From Neoechinorhynchus agilis (Eukaryota; Animalia; Acanthocephala): 64,000 nucleotides of DNA. The translations under genes were made by a program, and so were the position numbers. Under the pieces are notes generated by a model. That model was given only the letters and a program-made list of their open reading frames with translations. It had not been told where the DNA came from and searched no databases. Positions 12,299-23,230 of this stretch are shown here, piece by piece. The stretch is taken from contig CM121341.1 of NCBI GenBank assembly GCA_051530055.1, positions 1,364,001 through 1,428,000 on the forward strand. The letters are read 5' to 3'. Positions within the stretch are counted from its first letter, which is position 1. Every line of letters begins with the position of its first letter.

Positions 12299-12634
12299 TT
12301 ATCGTGCATCGTACTGCACGGACACATCCACTTTCTTTTTCAGCAAAATCCTTAGCCCACACCCACTGCATTTGACCCTTTCTGACACAGTCAATTGAAC
12401 TTCATCGCCACAGCTATAGCAAATGTACGAATGCTTTGGTTCACTTTCGTTTGATGGAGATTGGCTCCCTCTGTCGATAGGAGAACGATTTCCCCGAGCG
12501 GCTAAATTTATCGGTGTCGGTAATCCGGACGCCATGTATGGACTGAGCGCTGGCATTCCTCCGGCCATTTTCACAGGAGATGGAGTGCTCGGAGAAGTAC
12601 CGCCGGACGTAGGCAATCCGTGTGACGACGACAT
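12299..12634 (-). CDS. RPB12: RNA polymerase I/II/III common subunit RPABC4 (Rpb12) with Ser/Pro-rich N-terminal extension
   Basis: C-terminal YICYSCGDEVQL...VKCSGCGLRILLKKK...VQYDAR* is the Rpb12 zinc ribbon and terminal AR motif. Confidence 0.92.
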   Translation of the reverse strand: MSSSHGLPTSGGTSPSTPSPVKMAGGMPALSPYMASGLPTPINLAARGNRSPIDRGSQSPSNESEPKHSYICYSCGDEVQLTVSERVKCSGCGLRILLKKKVDVSVQYDAR

Positions 12635-13624
12635 GTTCTATATACAATTAACTTTTGGAAAAATTAATCGCTGTTGTTGTGTTTTCCGCAGCAAATCGCA
12701 TGACGTCATCTGTTCTGTGTCGTTTTCTACGGAAAACCACGAAAGAATTGAAAGTCTCTTCATCCTTTCCCCAAGTTCGCTCGGTGTTAGCGTTTTGTGT
12801 TTCGCACATCCTCATTGAGTCGCTTGAGCCTTATCGGGAATGTTGGGTTTATTTAAAAAATTTAGGGAAATCGTTTATTTGATCCATAGTCCTCGTGTAT
12901 GTAATGAATTTATGTTTTCTCTCGCGCGCCAAAATGAAAGAACTCATTTGAATGTTGTGGCAAGTACATGAAAGAATCGAAGAAAGCCAGTATCTCGAAG
13001 CGATGGATGTTGTTCACTACCAAATGTCGTCAATGATTCTCGTCCCTACATTGGCGCTATCTTATTTAGTTGAAAAAAAGATTGTTCTCGACGATTTTAC
13101 CTTGACTTGGACTTTTATAACATAATGTAAATTTATTGAATCGATATTTCGGCTTAATTCAGAGCCTTTATCAAGATTGCTTGAAAGTTTAAATGTGTGA
13201 GTTTGTCTCTCCGCTTCAATAAATTTACATAATTTTATCGCCATTACACAACAATCGTGAGCAGTTTCATTTTTTAATACTTTTATAACAACAAATCCTC
13301 AAATCGCGTACGGCACTCCTTGTTTCATGCTTGCGCCTAAATGTCGTCCTTGTTTTTATAATTTTGATCAAAAACCATTTAAACGGATAAAACAGTGATC
13401 AGTCAAATGTTTTCAGACGGAGTACAAAATTCAGTCGTTTTTAGGTGTTTCGTTTATCTCTGGACGTTGTGCATTCGGTGCCGGTCCGTGGACGCGTATT
13501 CGTGAGTATTTCATTCCGTGCTTGAGCGCATTCGTCGATGTTTATTCTTGGGCCCTTCTGTGCGCATTTTTTAATACGAAAGTTAATCTCTATTCTAAAA
13601 AACCTAAATAGATAGTGTTAGAAC

Positions 13625-14700
13625 CGCTTTGGATCACTCAGCTGCCGCTCTGGTGTAACGGTCGAATGGACGGATGCAGCGTTCCCTCTCGTTGCTTAGT
13701 TAGATTTATGTTTTGTAGGAGGAATGCTCCTGCCCTCTGATCGCCAGTGATTCGTCTCAATCTCTTAGACAATTGATTTGCCAGATCCTGCGCCGCGGTA
13801 CCAAACGATCCGAGCGTCTCGACATCAAAGGGAATGAAATAATGATTTCGACTCAGGTCCCTGAATTTTGTCCTTTTGCGTTCCTCAGCGGCGGTTGCTG
13901 CTCCTCCTGGTTTAATGGCGGCGCATTTTATGTTGCTGGCTGCGAGCGTGGCGTCCCAGAGAAGGCATTTGCCTCCTTCGCCACGGGAATACTGTGACAC
14001 GGTCCGGTCTACGGCCATCGATTAGGCAATGATTGCTGGGCTCTAGAATGTTGGGCGCGTTCGCAGTATTCAGGGCACCACTAAGAATTGCGTTCACTTC
14101 GGGATTGCCGACACACGAGAACATGGCGGCCCGACGGTTACATGGTCGCTCCGTAACGGCAGCGATGGGATGTTCACATCGGTACCCCAAGTCTCAGGGA
14201 CACTGCAATCCTTACTGTCTCGTCGGAGAGAATGGTAGCCACAGAAGCGATTGGGATAGCGTTGAGCCAAGCAACTGATTCTCTTGTGGAGATTGCCGCC
14301 AATCGAGTTCGCTTCAGCAGGTTACGAGAATCTGAAATTAAAGAGTTGTTAGTTCTCGCTACCAGGGTGAGTCGAAAACTGATTTTTTGCAACCATTGAC
14401 GGGGACCTGCTCGCTGCCTGAATCTCCACACCAAAAAATTAGAGCCTCCACGGAATCTCCATCCAAGGTGTAATTCTCGCGATGCCAAATAAGCTAGCAG
14501 AGAAATATCGGCTGCTTTTCGGATACTCAAACCGCCGGACGACACAGGCAAGGACGCTTGACGTCAGGCCTCGTCCGACAGCTGAGTATTCAAAATTTTC
14601 TCGAGAGAGGTTTGCACCGTCTCGTAGTTATTGAACTAAAAGGATCCCCTTGTTGAACTCCTTTTTCTGACCACAACACGTTGCTGTTGGAAAACAACAA
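13625..14700 (-). mobile_element. CRE-like element, 3' half (Zn-finger + restriction-like endonuclease)
   Basis: LPVSSGGLSIR, LNAIPIASV...RIAVSLRLG, EPSNHCLIDGRRPDRVTVFP, KCLLWDAT, YFIPFDVETLG; frameshifted. Confidence 0.88.
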
Positions 14701-14904
14701 AAGGATTAATATCCCATTGTATGCCTTCCTGTGTTTATCCTCTTGGATACGCTGTATTTGTGTTTTCGCATAAACGTTTGTGTTTATCGTTTGAATGTGC
14801 GTATTTATGCTTTTGTGTATGTTTCAAGTGGAATTTCAAAGTGAGCCTCACATTTTCTCGTGGGTTTATTCGTTTCTTAGAATCGATTCGACTTTATTTC
14901 AGAT

Positions 14905-17900
14905 ATGTCACCAATACGCGCTGACGAAGAAAGTGACGAAGAGTTTCAGGCTGTCGCATCTCTTGAGGAAGATGAAGATGATAGCGACATTGTTGAATCG
15001 AGTGGTGATGAAGACGACGATGAGCGTCCTACGAAACGATCAAAGTTTGCTAAAAATGATTTTTTCGTCATGGAGGCTGAAGTGGACAACGATGCGGAGG
15101 AAGACGACGATGCGTATCACGACGATGATGACATTATTGCTGAGGAGGAAGGTATTGATTTTCAAGAATCATCACGAGATCAGGATGTCGTCAGGAGTCT
15201 TCATCGAAGGTTTGAATTAAGCGAAAGGTTCTCAAATGACGATGATGCTGAGAAGATTAATGAGTATTTTGTTCAGAAATACGGTAGAGATCGTGACGAC
15301 CTCATGTCCATTGACTCGGACGGAAGTGCTTCAGATTCATGTGTGTTTGCTGTTAAGTGTAGAATGGGTGAAGAGCGATCAACGGGCCAATTAATAATGT
15401 CGAAGTTTATGAATGAACGCGATCCATCAGCACCCATAAAACGTATTCGTTCAGTAGTAGTTCGAGATGGTATTCGCGGTTACATTTATGTTGAGACTGT
15501 TAGTTCGAGCGTTGCTGCAAGTGCACTCGCGGATTTTCCAACTGTTGCAAGTCGACTTGATCAGATGCAAATGTTGCCCAAAAAACAAGCTGCTCAAATA
15601 TTGATAGTTCAAGGCGAGGAGAATTTGTCTTTGGTTACTGGTTCTTTTGTTCGAGTTTATACTGGTTTATACCGAGGTGATTTGGGTGTTATTGAGAGCG
15701 CTGATAATGAGGCACGAATTGCGAGGGTTAAGTTGGTGCCTAGGATTGATTACAACAATCGAAAAAGTTCTCTATTTCGAAATTCGTCTGGATCGTCATC
15801 TTCAATCGTATCGACTCCCTCAAGTGGGCGTGGGGGTTTGAAAAGACGTGCCATGCCCAATCGAGGTGCACCACCTCGTCCGGCAGCTCGCCTATTTGAC
15901 GCAACTGCATTAAGGGCACTTGGTTTTGAGTTTAAACGTGAACGAAATTTGATCTTGTTTGAGCGCCAACAATACACGCGAACTGGTCTTTTGCTGAAAA
16001 GTTTTCCTTTTCATCATTTACGAGTATGTAACTCAAAGGATGCGTCACAGAGTGAACTGGAACCCTTTAAATACGAACTCACCGTGGACACTAAAAAGAA
16101 TAACGAAATAAAGGAGGTTTCAATTAGTGAATCTGTTACATCGGGTGATCGCGTTCTTGTTGTTGATGGAGAATTCAAAGGTAGAATCGGCATGTGTAGC
16201 GGTGTAACCGAAGACGGTCTTCTTATGGTTCAAATAGAAGGAACTTGTACTCGTATTCAGGCTGATAGCGCTGAACGCGCTTTTATGGTTGGTGATTATG
16301 TGAAAATTGAAGAAAAGGAAGGACAAGGATTAGTTATAGCGAGTGATATAAATCAGAAAACGGCTTCGATTATTCTTGATCAAGTGTCGGATAAAACCGA
16401 TATTCCATGGAATCAATTGAAATTGACTAAGGTTTACGAACCTAGCAAACGTGAGGTGGTTGATATTACAGGGAAATTCTCCATTGGCGATATGGTGACG
16501 GTTAGTGGGAATCAGTTCGGAGCGTTGGTCGGTATTCAGGGTAATACCTTTTCTGTTTTAATGTCCAGTGGATTCGGTAAAGACGCAGTGAGTACGTTTC
16601 CGCGATCCGCAGTTCGAATACGACCACAACGTGGTGATCCGTGTTGTAAAGATCATCTAAATCAGACAGTTCGTATTGGAGATCAAGTGAAATTGCTATG
16701 TGAAGGTAGTCACCGTGGACGAGTAGGCGTTGTGAAACACATAATTCGGACGAGTGTGTTCATCCATAATCCTGAAATCGCATCGAATACTGCCGGTATG
16801 GTAATGATAGACGCTTCTGAACTTGCAGTTGCTTCTGATGAGAGTAAAGATGAAAGCGATGATGAGACGTTCGGTGCTTTTAATCTTCTTCAAAAATCAC
16901 CAGGTTCAAATCATTACGATCTTGAAGAACGAGGATTCATGTCTCGAATGAGGTCACTTCAACAAAGAAGGCGATCAGGCGCATTGCGGAATGCACGTGG
17001 GAATCGATCGACTCGTGGATCTGCTCGATTTAGCGGTCGTGATTATAAGTTGATCGGGAAAACAGTTCGTGTCGTGACTGGGCAATTCAAAGGACAATTA
17101 GGAATGGTTAAGGATGCTAATTGTGATATTGCCCATGTCGAAATTCAGACTTTGTATCAAACACTACCGTTTAAACGGCATGAGGTTGTTATACACGACG
17201 ATCGCGATTCTCAATTCACCTCGGCTCTGTTGACTAACGTCGATGTTCGAAGTTCTGGATCACAGTCGGTTAGTCAGACGAAGAAGAAGAGTATAGGTGA
17301 CAGCGGCTGCAGCACTCCTTTCACGACCACGCTCGGCACTCCTATTGGCGATATGTACAAGACGATGATGACCGGTAACGATGATTGGAACCCGCAGGAT
17401 ATGCTGACTCCGGGATTCCAAGGAACGCCGTCTAGTCCTGAAATGACTAATCTATCCAGAATACATAATGTACAGCCAAAAACACCGGCGATAAGTGCTT
17501 TATCGAAGGATCCAGACACTGGTGAGGGTGAAGGGTACGGTCAGAGAATAAGTGGCGAGGACGACGAAGGTGGTTATGGCCGTTCTTCTGAACCAGAAAT
17601 CAAACCTAATTTAAAAAGAAAGTGCGAGTCCAAAGAGATTAAAGACGACGAGGATGGATATGGTCGCCCGTCGAAACTCAGTTCGACTATGAACGACGGT
17701 CAAGATAAGAGTAAGGATGACTCTGAAGAAGGGTATGGGCGTCCATCTGATCAACATAGTTTCGGTCAATCAGATAACGAGAAAGGATATGGATTTAGTG
17801 GTAAAGGGGTTGATGAAGAACATTACGGGCATCCGGTGAATGAAGAGGATGCATATGGACAACCTGGCCGACGACGAAAATCTATTGAAGATGAATACGG

Positions 17901-18435
17901 ACGACCGAGTCAAGGTGACCATGGTTTGCCTGTTAATCAAAGTTACGGATCATTCGTTCATGATAAGCAGCCTCAACGAGAGGGTTACGGGGCTAACGAA
18001 TATAGTCAACCATTGATGGAGGATGATGAGGCATACGGTGGTCAGATAACCAACGAAAGTTGCAGGCGTGGGTCTTATAAACAAATGAGAACAGAATCTT
18101 TGCCAAGACGGGATCGTGACAATGATGGCGGTGGTGGACTGTCCGCGGATGTTAATGACGTTTATGGCCAGCCTTTAAAAAATAACGAATATGGAGGTAG
18201 ACAATCCTTGCAGATAAGAAGAGATCGATCTAATGATAATTTCGGAAGTAGGCCTCGGGGATATATAAGACGCTTTCGTGGAGGAGGTGGTGGATTTGGA
18301 CATTTCTCTGAAGATCGAAGAGGTACATATAATCGCAGAGGGCGGGGTAGAAATGATAATTCTTTTCATCGTGGTCGGGAAATGGCATTTCGTGGACAAC
18401 GAAATAAGCGGTTTCGACGACATAGAAATGATTAA
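14905..18435 (+). CDS. SPT5: Transcription elongation factor SPT5 (DSIF large subunit), intronless, 1176 aa
   Basis: Acidic N-terminus (FFVMEAEVD), NGN domain (AVKCRMGEER, IRGYIYVE), KOW motifs (GSFVRVYTGLYRGDLG, VKLVPRIDY, LIGKTVRVVTGQFKGQLGMVKD), repetitive C-terminus. Confidence 0.96.
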   Translation: MSPIRADEESDEEFQAVASLEEDEDDSDIVESSGDEDDDERPTKRSKFAKNDFFVMEAEVDNDAEEDDDAYHDDDDIIAEEEGIDFQESSRDQDVVRSLHRRFELSERFSNDDDAEKINEYFVQKYGRDRDDLMSIDSDGSASDSCVFAVKCRMGEERSTGQLIMSKFMNERDPSAPIKRIRSVVVRDGIRGYIYVETVSSSVAASALADFPTVASRLDQMQMLPKKQAAQILIVQGEENLSLVTGSFVRVYTGLYRGDLGVIESADNEARIARVKLVPRIDYNNRKSSLFRNSSGSSSSIVSTPSSGRGGLKRRAMPNRGAPPRPAARLFDATALRALGFEFKRERNLILFERQQYTRTGLLLKSFPFHHLRVCNSKDASQSELEPFKYELTVDTKKNNEIKEVSISESVTSGDRVLVVDGEFKGRIGMCSGVTEDGLLMVQIEGTCTRIQADSAERAFMVGDYVKIEEKEGQGLVIASDINQKTASIILDQVSDKTDIPWNQLKLTKVYEPSKREVVDITGKFSIGDMVTVSGNQFGALVGIQGNTFSVLMSSGFGKDAVSTFPRSAVRIRPQRGDPCCKDHLNQTVRIGDQVKLLCEGSHRGRVGVVKHIIRTSVFIHNPEIASNTAGMVMIDASELAVASDESKDESDDETFGAFNLLQKSPGSNHYDLEERGFMSRMRSLQQRRRSGALRNARGNRSTRGSARFSGRDYKLIGKTVRVVTGQFKGQLGMVKDANCDIAHVEIQTLYQTLPFKRHEVVIHDDRDSQFTSALLTNVDVRSSGSQSVSQTKKKSIGDSGCSTPFTTTLGTPIGDMYKTMMTGNDDWNPQDMLTPGFQGTPSSPEMTNLSRIHNVQPKTPAISALSKDPDTGEGEGYGQRISGEDDEGGYGRSSEPEIKPNLKRKCESKEIKDDEDGYGRPSKLSSTMNDGQDKSKDDSEEGYGRPSDQHSFGQSDNEKGYGFSGKGVDEEHYGHPVNEEDAYGQPGRRRKSIEDEYGRPSQGDHGLPVNQSYGSFVHDKQPQREGYGANEYSQPLMEDDEAYGGQITNESCRRGSYKQMRTESLPRRDRDNDGGGGLSADVNDVYGQPLKNNEYGGRQSLQIRRDRSNDNFGSRPRGYIRRFRGGGGGFGHFSEDRRGTYNRRGRGRNDNSFHRGREMAFRGQRNKRFRRHRND

Positions 18436-19627
18436 TGATTTGTGCATGTTTGATTTTTTTCGTAACAACATGAGTTGTGTTGAGTGTTTGAAGTCGAGAA
18501 TTCATTTGTGTGGCCTTTAGAACTTTTTTTTCGGTGGGGAATTTTAACTATCAATTTTGGATCTCTGAGACGTCCTTAGATTGGATTATTCTATTTTTAT
18601 TACATAATATTGCGATCAGCCGTATTAATACTTTTGGAGATTCGAAACTTCCATTTTTGGGCTAAAACGCATTATTAATAAAAGTCTCGTGTGTGAAGAT
18701 AGCGGAGAAACTCTTACAACCCCATCCCATTTATCGAAGAATTACCGTTTAAATGCACTGATGACTTATGGTTACCGCTATTGAAATCTTTATTGAGAAT
18801 TGGAGCTTAAAAGTAATCGTTGGAACAAGAATAAAACTGGGAAAACGCGTTCTATGTCCTTGAAGGTTCTTGTCATCTTTTTGTTAACCAAAACACAACG
18901 GCACAATCTTTCTCCTTCTTTAAAGTTCCAAAAACCTAAATATAATCGATTTTAAGATTAGGAAAGTTTAAAGTGCTCTTTAGTTTTGTATTGAATCTAC
19001 AAATAAATTATCGAACTCACATAGTTTATTAGTATGCTCAACAATGAATTTGAAAACAAACTGATTTTGGGGTTCCATAATGTATTTTGCAAGCTTAAAT
19101 CGTTAGACAATTACTTCGTTCGTCAGCGCCAACGACAATGAATTATTGATGTAAATTTCTATCACAGCATTCCTATTTAAATTGCAATTCTGGCTTTTCC
19201 TTAAAGACTTATGACTCTCGAATATTTCTTTGTGTTCTATTAAATATTTTGTAGAAGGTTTGCGCTGAATTGAGTTATTTTATATGCGCACATATCTTTC
19301 TTAAAATTGTGAATCCTACGGAAAGTATTGAGCACTTTCCTTCAATTATTATTGGCCGTTTCTGCGAGAATTTCCAATGCTTTTGACGGATACGTTCACT
19401 GTTGTGTTTAAAGGTTCCAAGTAAAAGGCAATGAAAACGAAAAATTGAGAACTTTTATAAAACGACACATTTAACCGAAATTATTAAAGGGATTAATGCC
19501 CATCGGCACCTAACTTTTTAAACCTGGAATTATTGCTTAGGTTTACACCCGGCAAATGATTATTCATTGAAAACGTTCTGCGAACATCGTTGGGTTCATC
19601 ATCAGTTTGTTTGTTAGAAATAGACGA

Positions 19628-19670
19628 ATAAATTGATGATGAACCCGATGAGGTTCGAAATGTCTTTAAT
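19628..19670 (+). ncRNA. Minimal hammerhead-like motif; degenerate inverted partner at ~19565-19610
   Basis: AUAAA-UUGAUGA-U-GAACC-CGAUGA-GGUUC-GAAA-UG-UC-UUUA: perfect 5-bp stem II, predicted cleavage after 19664. The core has U in place of C3. Confidence 0.5.
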
Positions 19671-19764
19671 AAATGATCATTTACCGGATGTAGATCAAAA
19701 CAATAATTCTAATCACATTCCCCGGTACCTCACATATCAACATTTTTTAAACCTGATTTTATTT

Positions 19765-22530
19765 GAAGCAGTAGAATCGTAAACAAATTCCATTCTCTCT
19801 ATTTGTTGACTTGTAATTACTGTCGAAGGCTTTTAAAAAACCAATTTTTTTAGTAATTACAACTATTTTATCTTGGTCCAAATTTACAAAGCTCTAAACA
19901 CTTCAAATTCTAGTTTAGTAACTTTTTGGTTGAAATCTATTCTGGCAGTGAGTGACCATCAAAATTCAACATGTTCGCAACATCAAAGAATTGCTTTAGA
20001 ACATCAAACAGTCATGGAGTATGGCAAATATTAAATAGTGGTAAACATAATCCCAGTTAAAGATTCCTTTATTTTTAGGAAATATTTCGAAAGAGGAAAC
20101 CTCGCTTCATCTGCTAATGGTTTGCCTCTTAAAACGAGCTAAAAAGGCCAAAAAAAATAAAAAGAACTATTACACAAACTTTTTTAGATGACTGATGAGA
20201 CGAGGTTTCTTTTTTCGAAATATTTCCTAATAATAAAGGAAACGAGATTTCTCACATTCAAGCATTTTGCTTCTCTAATTTTTTTTAAAACATATCGTTT
20301 ATTTTACTATTTCGTTTTTTATTCCTGTAAACATCCCGACGTTGCCAGTATACTGGCAGAGTTCCTACCCTTAACCTAACCAAATGCTTTGAAATCGTCC
20401 CCTCGATCTTAAATAGCCCTGCCGATCAGCCGCTTCTGCCTTTCCCTATCAATCGTGTCTCCTCTGTTCGTATACTTGGTTTCCACATTTTCAGAAAAAT
20501 TTAAAGTCGGACAAGCACACATCAATTTCGTTGCACAAAGGGTCCACGAAGCTCTATCTGCTTAAACGCCCTGCTCTCCGAACTCCTGCCCTTAGAAGAA
20601 CACCTTTCTCTAATCGTTCAAAAGCAATCAAAGCATCTTCATTCTCTTCCCCCTCAATTTCTACCCCACATTTCTCCTTTTACTCACACTTTCAATACTC
20701 GCGTCGCCCCAATATTTCCCATCCTTTAGTTCCTCGCACAAATCTTTACCTCAATTCTTTTTCCCCATTGCTCAATCCTCCAAATGCGGATTGATTCGGA
20801 TCAAAGAACGGAAAACAACAACCCAACAACTTAATCAACCAAAATAAAATAAAGTACCAAAAACAATTATACAAACCATAGTCAACTTACCTAAGTTACA
20901 AGCTTCGGCGACTTAATCTTCTTACTCTTACAAATAAAACGTGTTTATGTGACAATTTACTTTTATTGCGTTGCCGTGAAATGAAAAGTGCCAGTGATTT
21001 TGACAGAGGTAATTTTTCAGTTCAATGTCAAGTGATTGAAACAACCAGAAGGGTGCGTTTCAAATTTGAAACATTCTCGAATTTATCTATGAAAATTGAT
21101 TACAGGCTCAATCAAAAGAGCCAAACCGAAATTTTCGATTGTTAGCTTCATTGTCGCTTTTTTGGAAGGCCCCTTTGAAAAGTACATAAAATAAAGATGA
21201 GCATTATGTTTCTTCTCAAACTGCAATTGTCTTATATATATCGAAATATGCAATATTATATCTAGATCCACTGTTTTTCTAACCACTTGGCATTTTTGAA
21301 ATTCAATCAATCTTCATTTCTCGACAATTAACACACTCACCACCTCCCGTCGAATTCCAGCTTTTGTCCTTCCTCGATCGTCGCCACCACGCTGGCAGCA
21401 TTGCCTCGTTGTACTGCCAGCGAGATATTTTGTCGAAGGAATACGCCTGCTCTTGAGTCTCCGGTTGCCTCTCTCAATTTCTTCGAGAGATCCTGGAGCA
21501 AAGAGAGTGCCGAGCTGCCGAGCGCTCCATACGTCTCTACACCACTTGGCTAAACCATTTTGCCGAAATAGTTTTAGAGCTTGCGAAGTAATCCATGAAG
21601 GGCAAAGGAATTATAATAATAACACGTTTATTGTTAAAAAATACAACCTCATAAGCATTCAAGTTCACAGTTGTTCCAAAAAAGCGTATCCTTTAGGATG
21701 GGAATATCCAGTCGAGGGAAGTCCGTTTGGGAGGTAATATCTGGTCGGAGGGATGTCTATTCGGGTGGGAACTATCCAGCCGGGGACGATTCGTTCGAGT
21801 GAGTATGTCCGTTCGATAGAGAATATCCGGTTGGGTTGGAAGGTCCGTTGTGGTAGGAGTGGGAGTTTATTGCTTGCAACCCCGAAAAGGGAAAATGCGA
21901 CAAGTTGTTGTTTGCCTCCAAGAACTTGAAAAATCGCCTTCGAGTATAATAATTTGTTACCTTCGTTAATTCTGATGTAATACGACGTTTTTAATACGTT
22001 TCCTTTAAATCCTCAATCCTCTGGTCCATCGACGCTTGTTAAGAAAGGCTTATTCGTCTCCCTTATTCAAAATCATGTAAATGAAAATTTATCATTCGGT
22101 CTGTTCGAAATGAAAGAAAAAGAGCTGGAAGGAACATTCTAGTATATATATAATAACACGTTTATTAAAAATACAAAGAAAGGTTTTGATTACCCATGTA
22201 CCTTTGGGCCCTCATCCATTGATGTGGGAATATTCAGTCGAGGGATGTCCGTTTTGGAGGTAATATCTGGTCGGAGGGATGTTTATTCGGGTTCGGGTTA
22301 CAATGTGTCCGTTCGTTTGAAAATATTGCTTGCAGGAGCGCTTGTAAGGCTGGTCTTTCTTCAGAATCATTTCGGGTTATGATATCCGAGAGCGTAGGTT
22401 TAGGGAGGTGCTAGGTCATGAGAGGATGAAACGAATTATTGTTTACGAATGTTGTGCTCATGTGAAAAGGGAGCGATATGTGGAAGAAATTGTGGTGGTA
22501 GCGTTGAGAGGCATTTTGATTGTTTTATGG
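19765..22530 (+). repeat. Second copy of the 8.2-9.7 kb and 11.1-12.0 kb repeat blocks, with a different middle
   Basis: Direct comparison with 8225-9680 and 11080-12000. Confidence 0.9.
21335..21545 (-). mobile_element. CRE-like 3'-end fragment
   Basis: Reverse complement of the ...LSLLQDLSKKLREATGDSRAGVFLRQNISLAVQRGNAASVVAT... terminus also seen at 25600-25793. Confidence 0.85.
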
Positions 22531-23230
22531 AAATAGCATTAAGGCATTCGGTGAAAGGGGGAAGTCAGCTGTGCAAATTTTTGATGCTCTTTTATGAAAC
22601 ATTTCAAGACGGTGGATTAGCGATTTGGAATGGTTGCAAAATGCGGGATAACCGCAGGTGAGGGATGGTAAGCTAAAGCAGAAGTAAAACTTGTAGAGAT
22701 CGGGTGAAGGGATTCCTAAATGTCGGAGGCGTTTGAGAAGATAAATTTTAAATTCGTTGTTATTGAGAGAGAGTGATGTGTGCGTCCCATTTCAAATTTG
22801 GTTGAAATTGGATACCCAGAATTCTTAAGGAGGTTAACTCGTAGGATGTCATCTAGAAGCTCAGGGGATGATGTGGGGTTGCGGGAGAGAGGGGACAATT
22901 TCGAAGCATTTAGAGAAATTGAGATGGATTTTGTGATTGATGTAGAAATCTTTTATGTGTGTGATTTCTTTAGAGGTTAAAGAAAGGGAGAGGTGGGTGG
23001 TAAATGAGCGATGAGAGTGATATCGTCGGCGTATAAGAAGAGTTTAGAGCGAGAGGAGAGAGGTTTGAGGTCGTTTAGGGATATATTAAAGAAAAGTGGT
23101 GACAGCACAGCACCTTGAGGTACGCCTTTTGTGAGGGATAAGTTGACAGGAGAGGTGGAACGGCAGTGAATGTATTTGTTGCTATTGTGAAGATAAGATT
23201 CAAGCCAGTCCTAGTTTCGGAGAGCCCATA
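22530..23230 (-). mobile_element. LINE reverse-transcriptase fragment, degenerate
   Basis: Reverse strand encodes GVPQGAVLSP (~23110-23140) and LYADDI (~23020-23040). Confidence 0.75.

Noticed and set aside
12423-12818. 131-aa + strand ORF, and similar overlaps such as 28735..29094, 31343..31675 and 6324..6662
   Set aside because: They overlap recognised genes or elements on the opposite strand and have no motifs of their own.
14905-18435. Stop-codon reassignment (TGA/TAG/TAA as sense) to explain in-frame stops in importin-4, BUB1 and LINE ORF1
   Set aside because: SPT5 runs 1176 codons with no internal stop, host genes end normally at TAA/TAG, and the importin and PEF breaks need a frame change, not readthrough.
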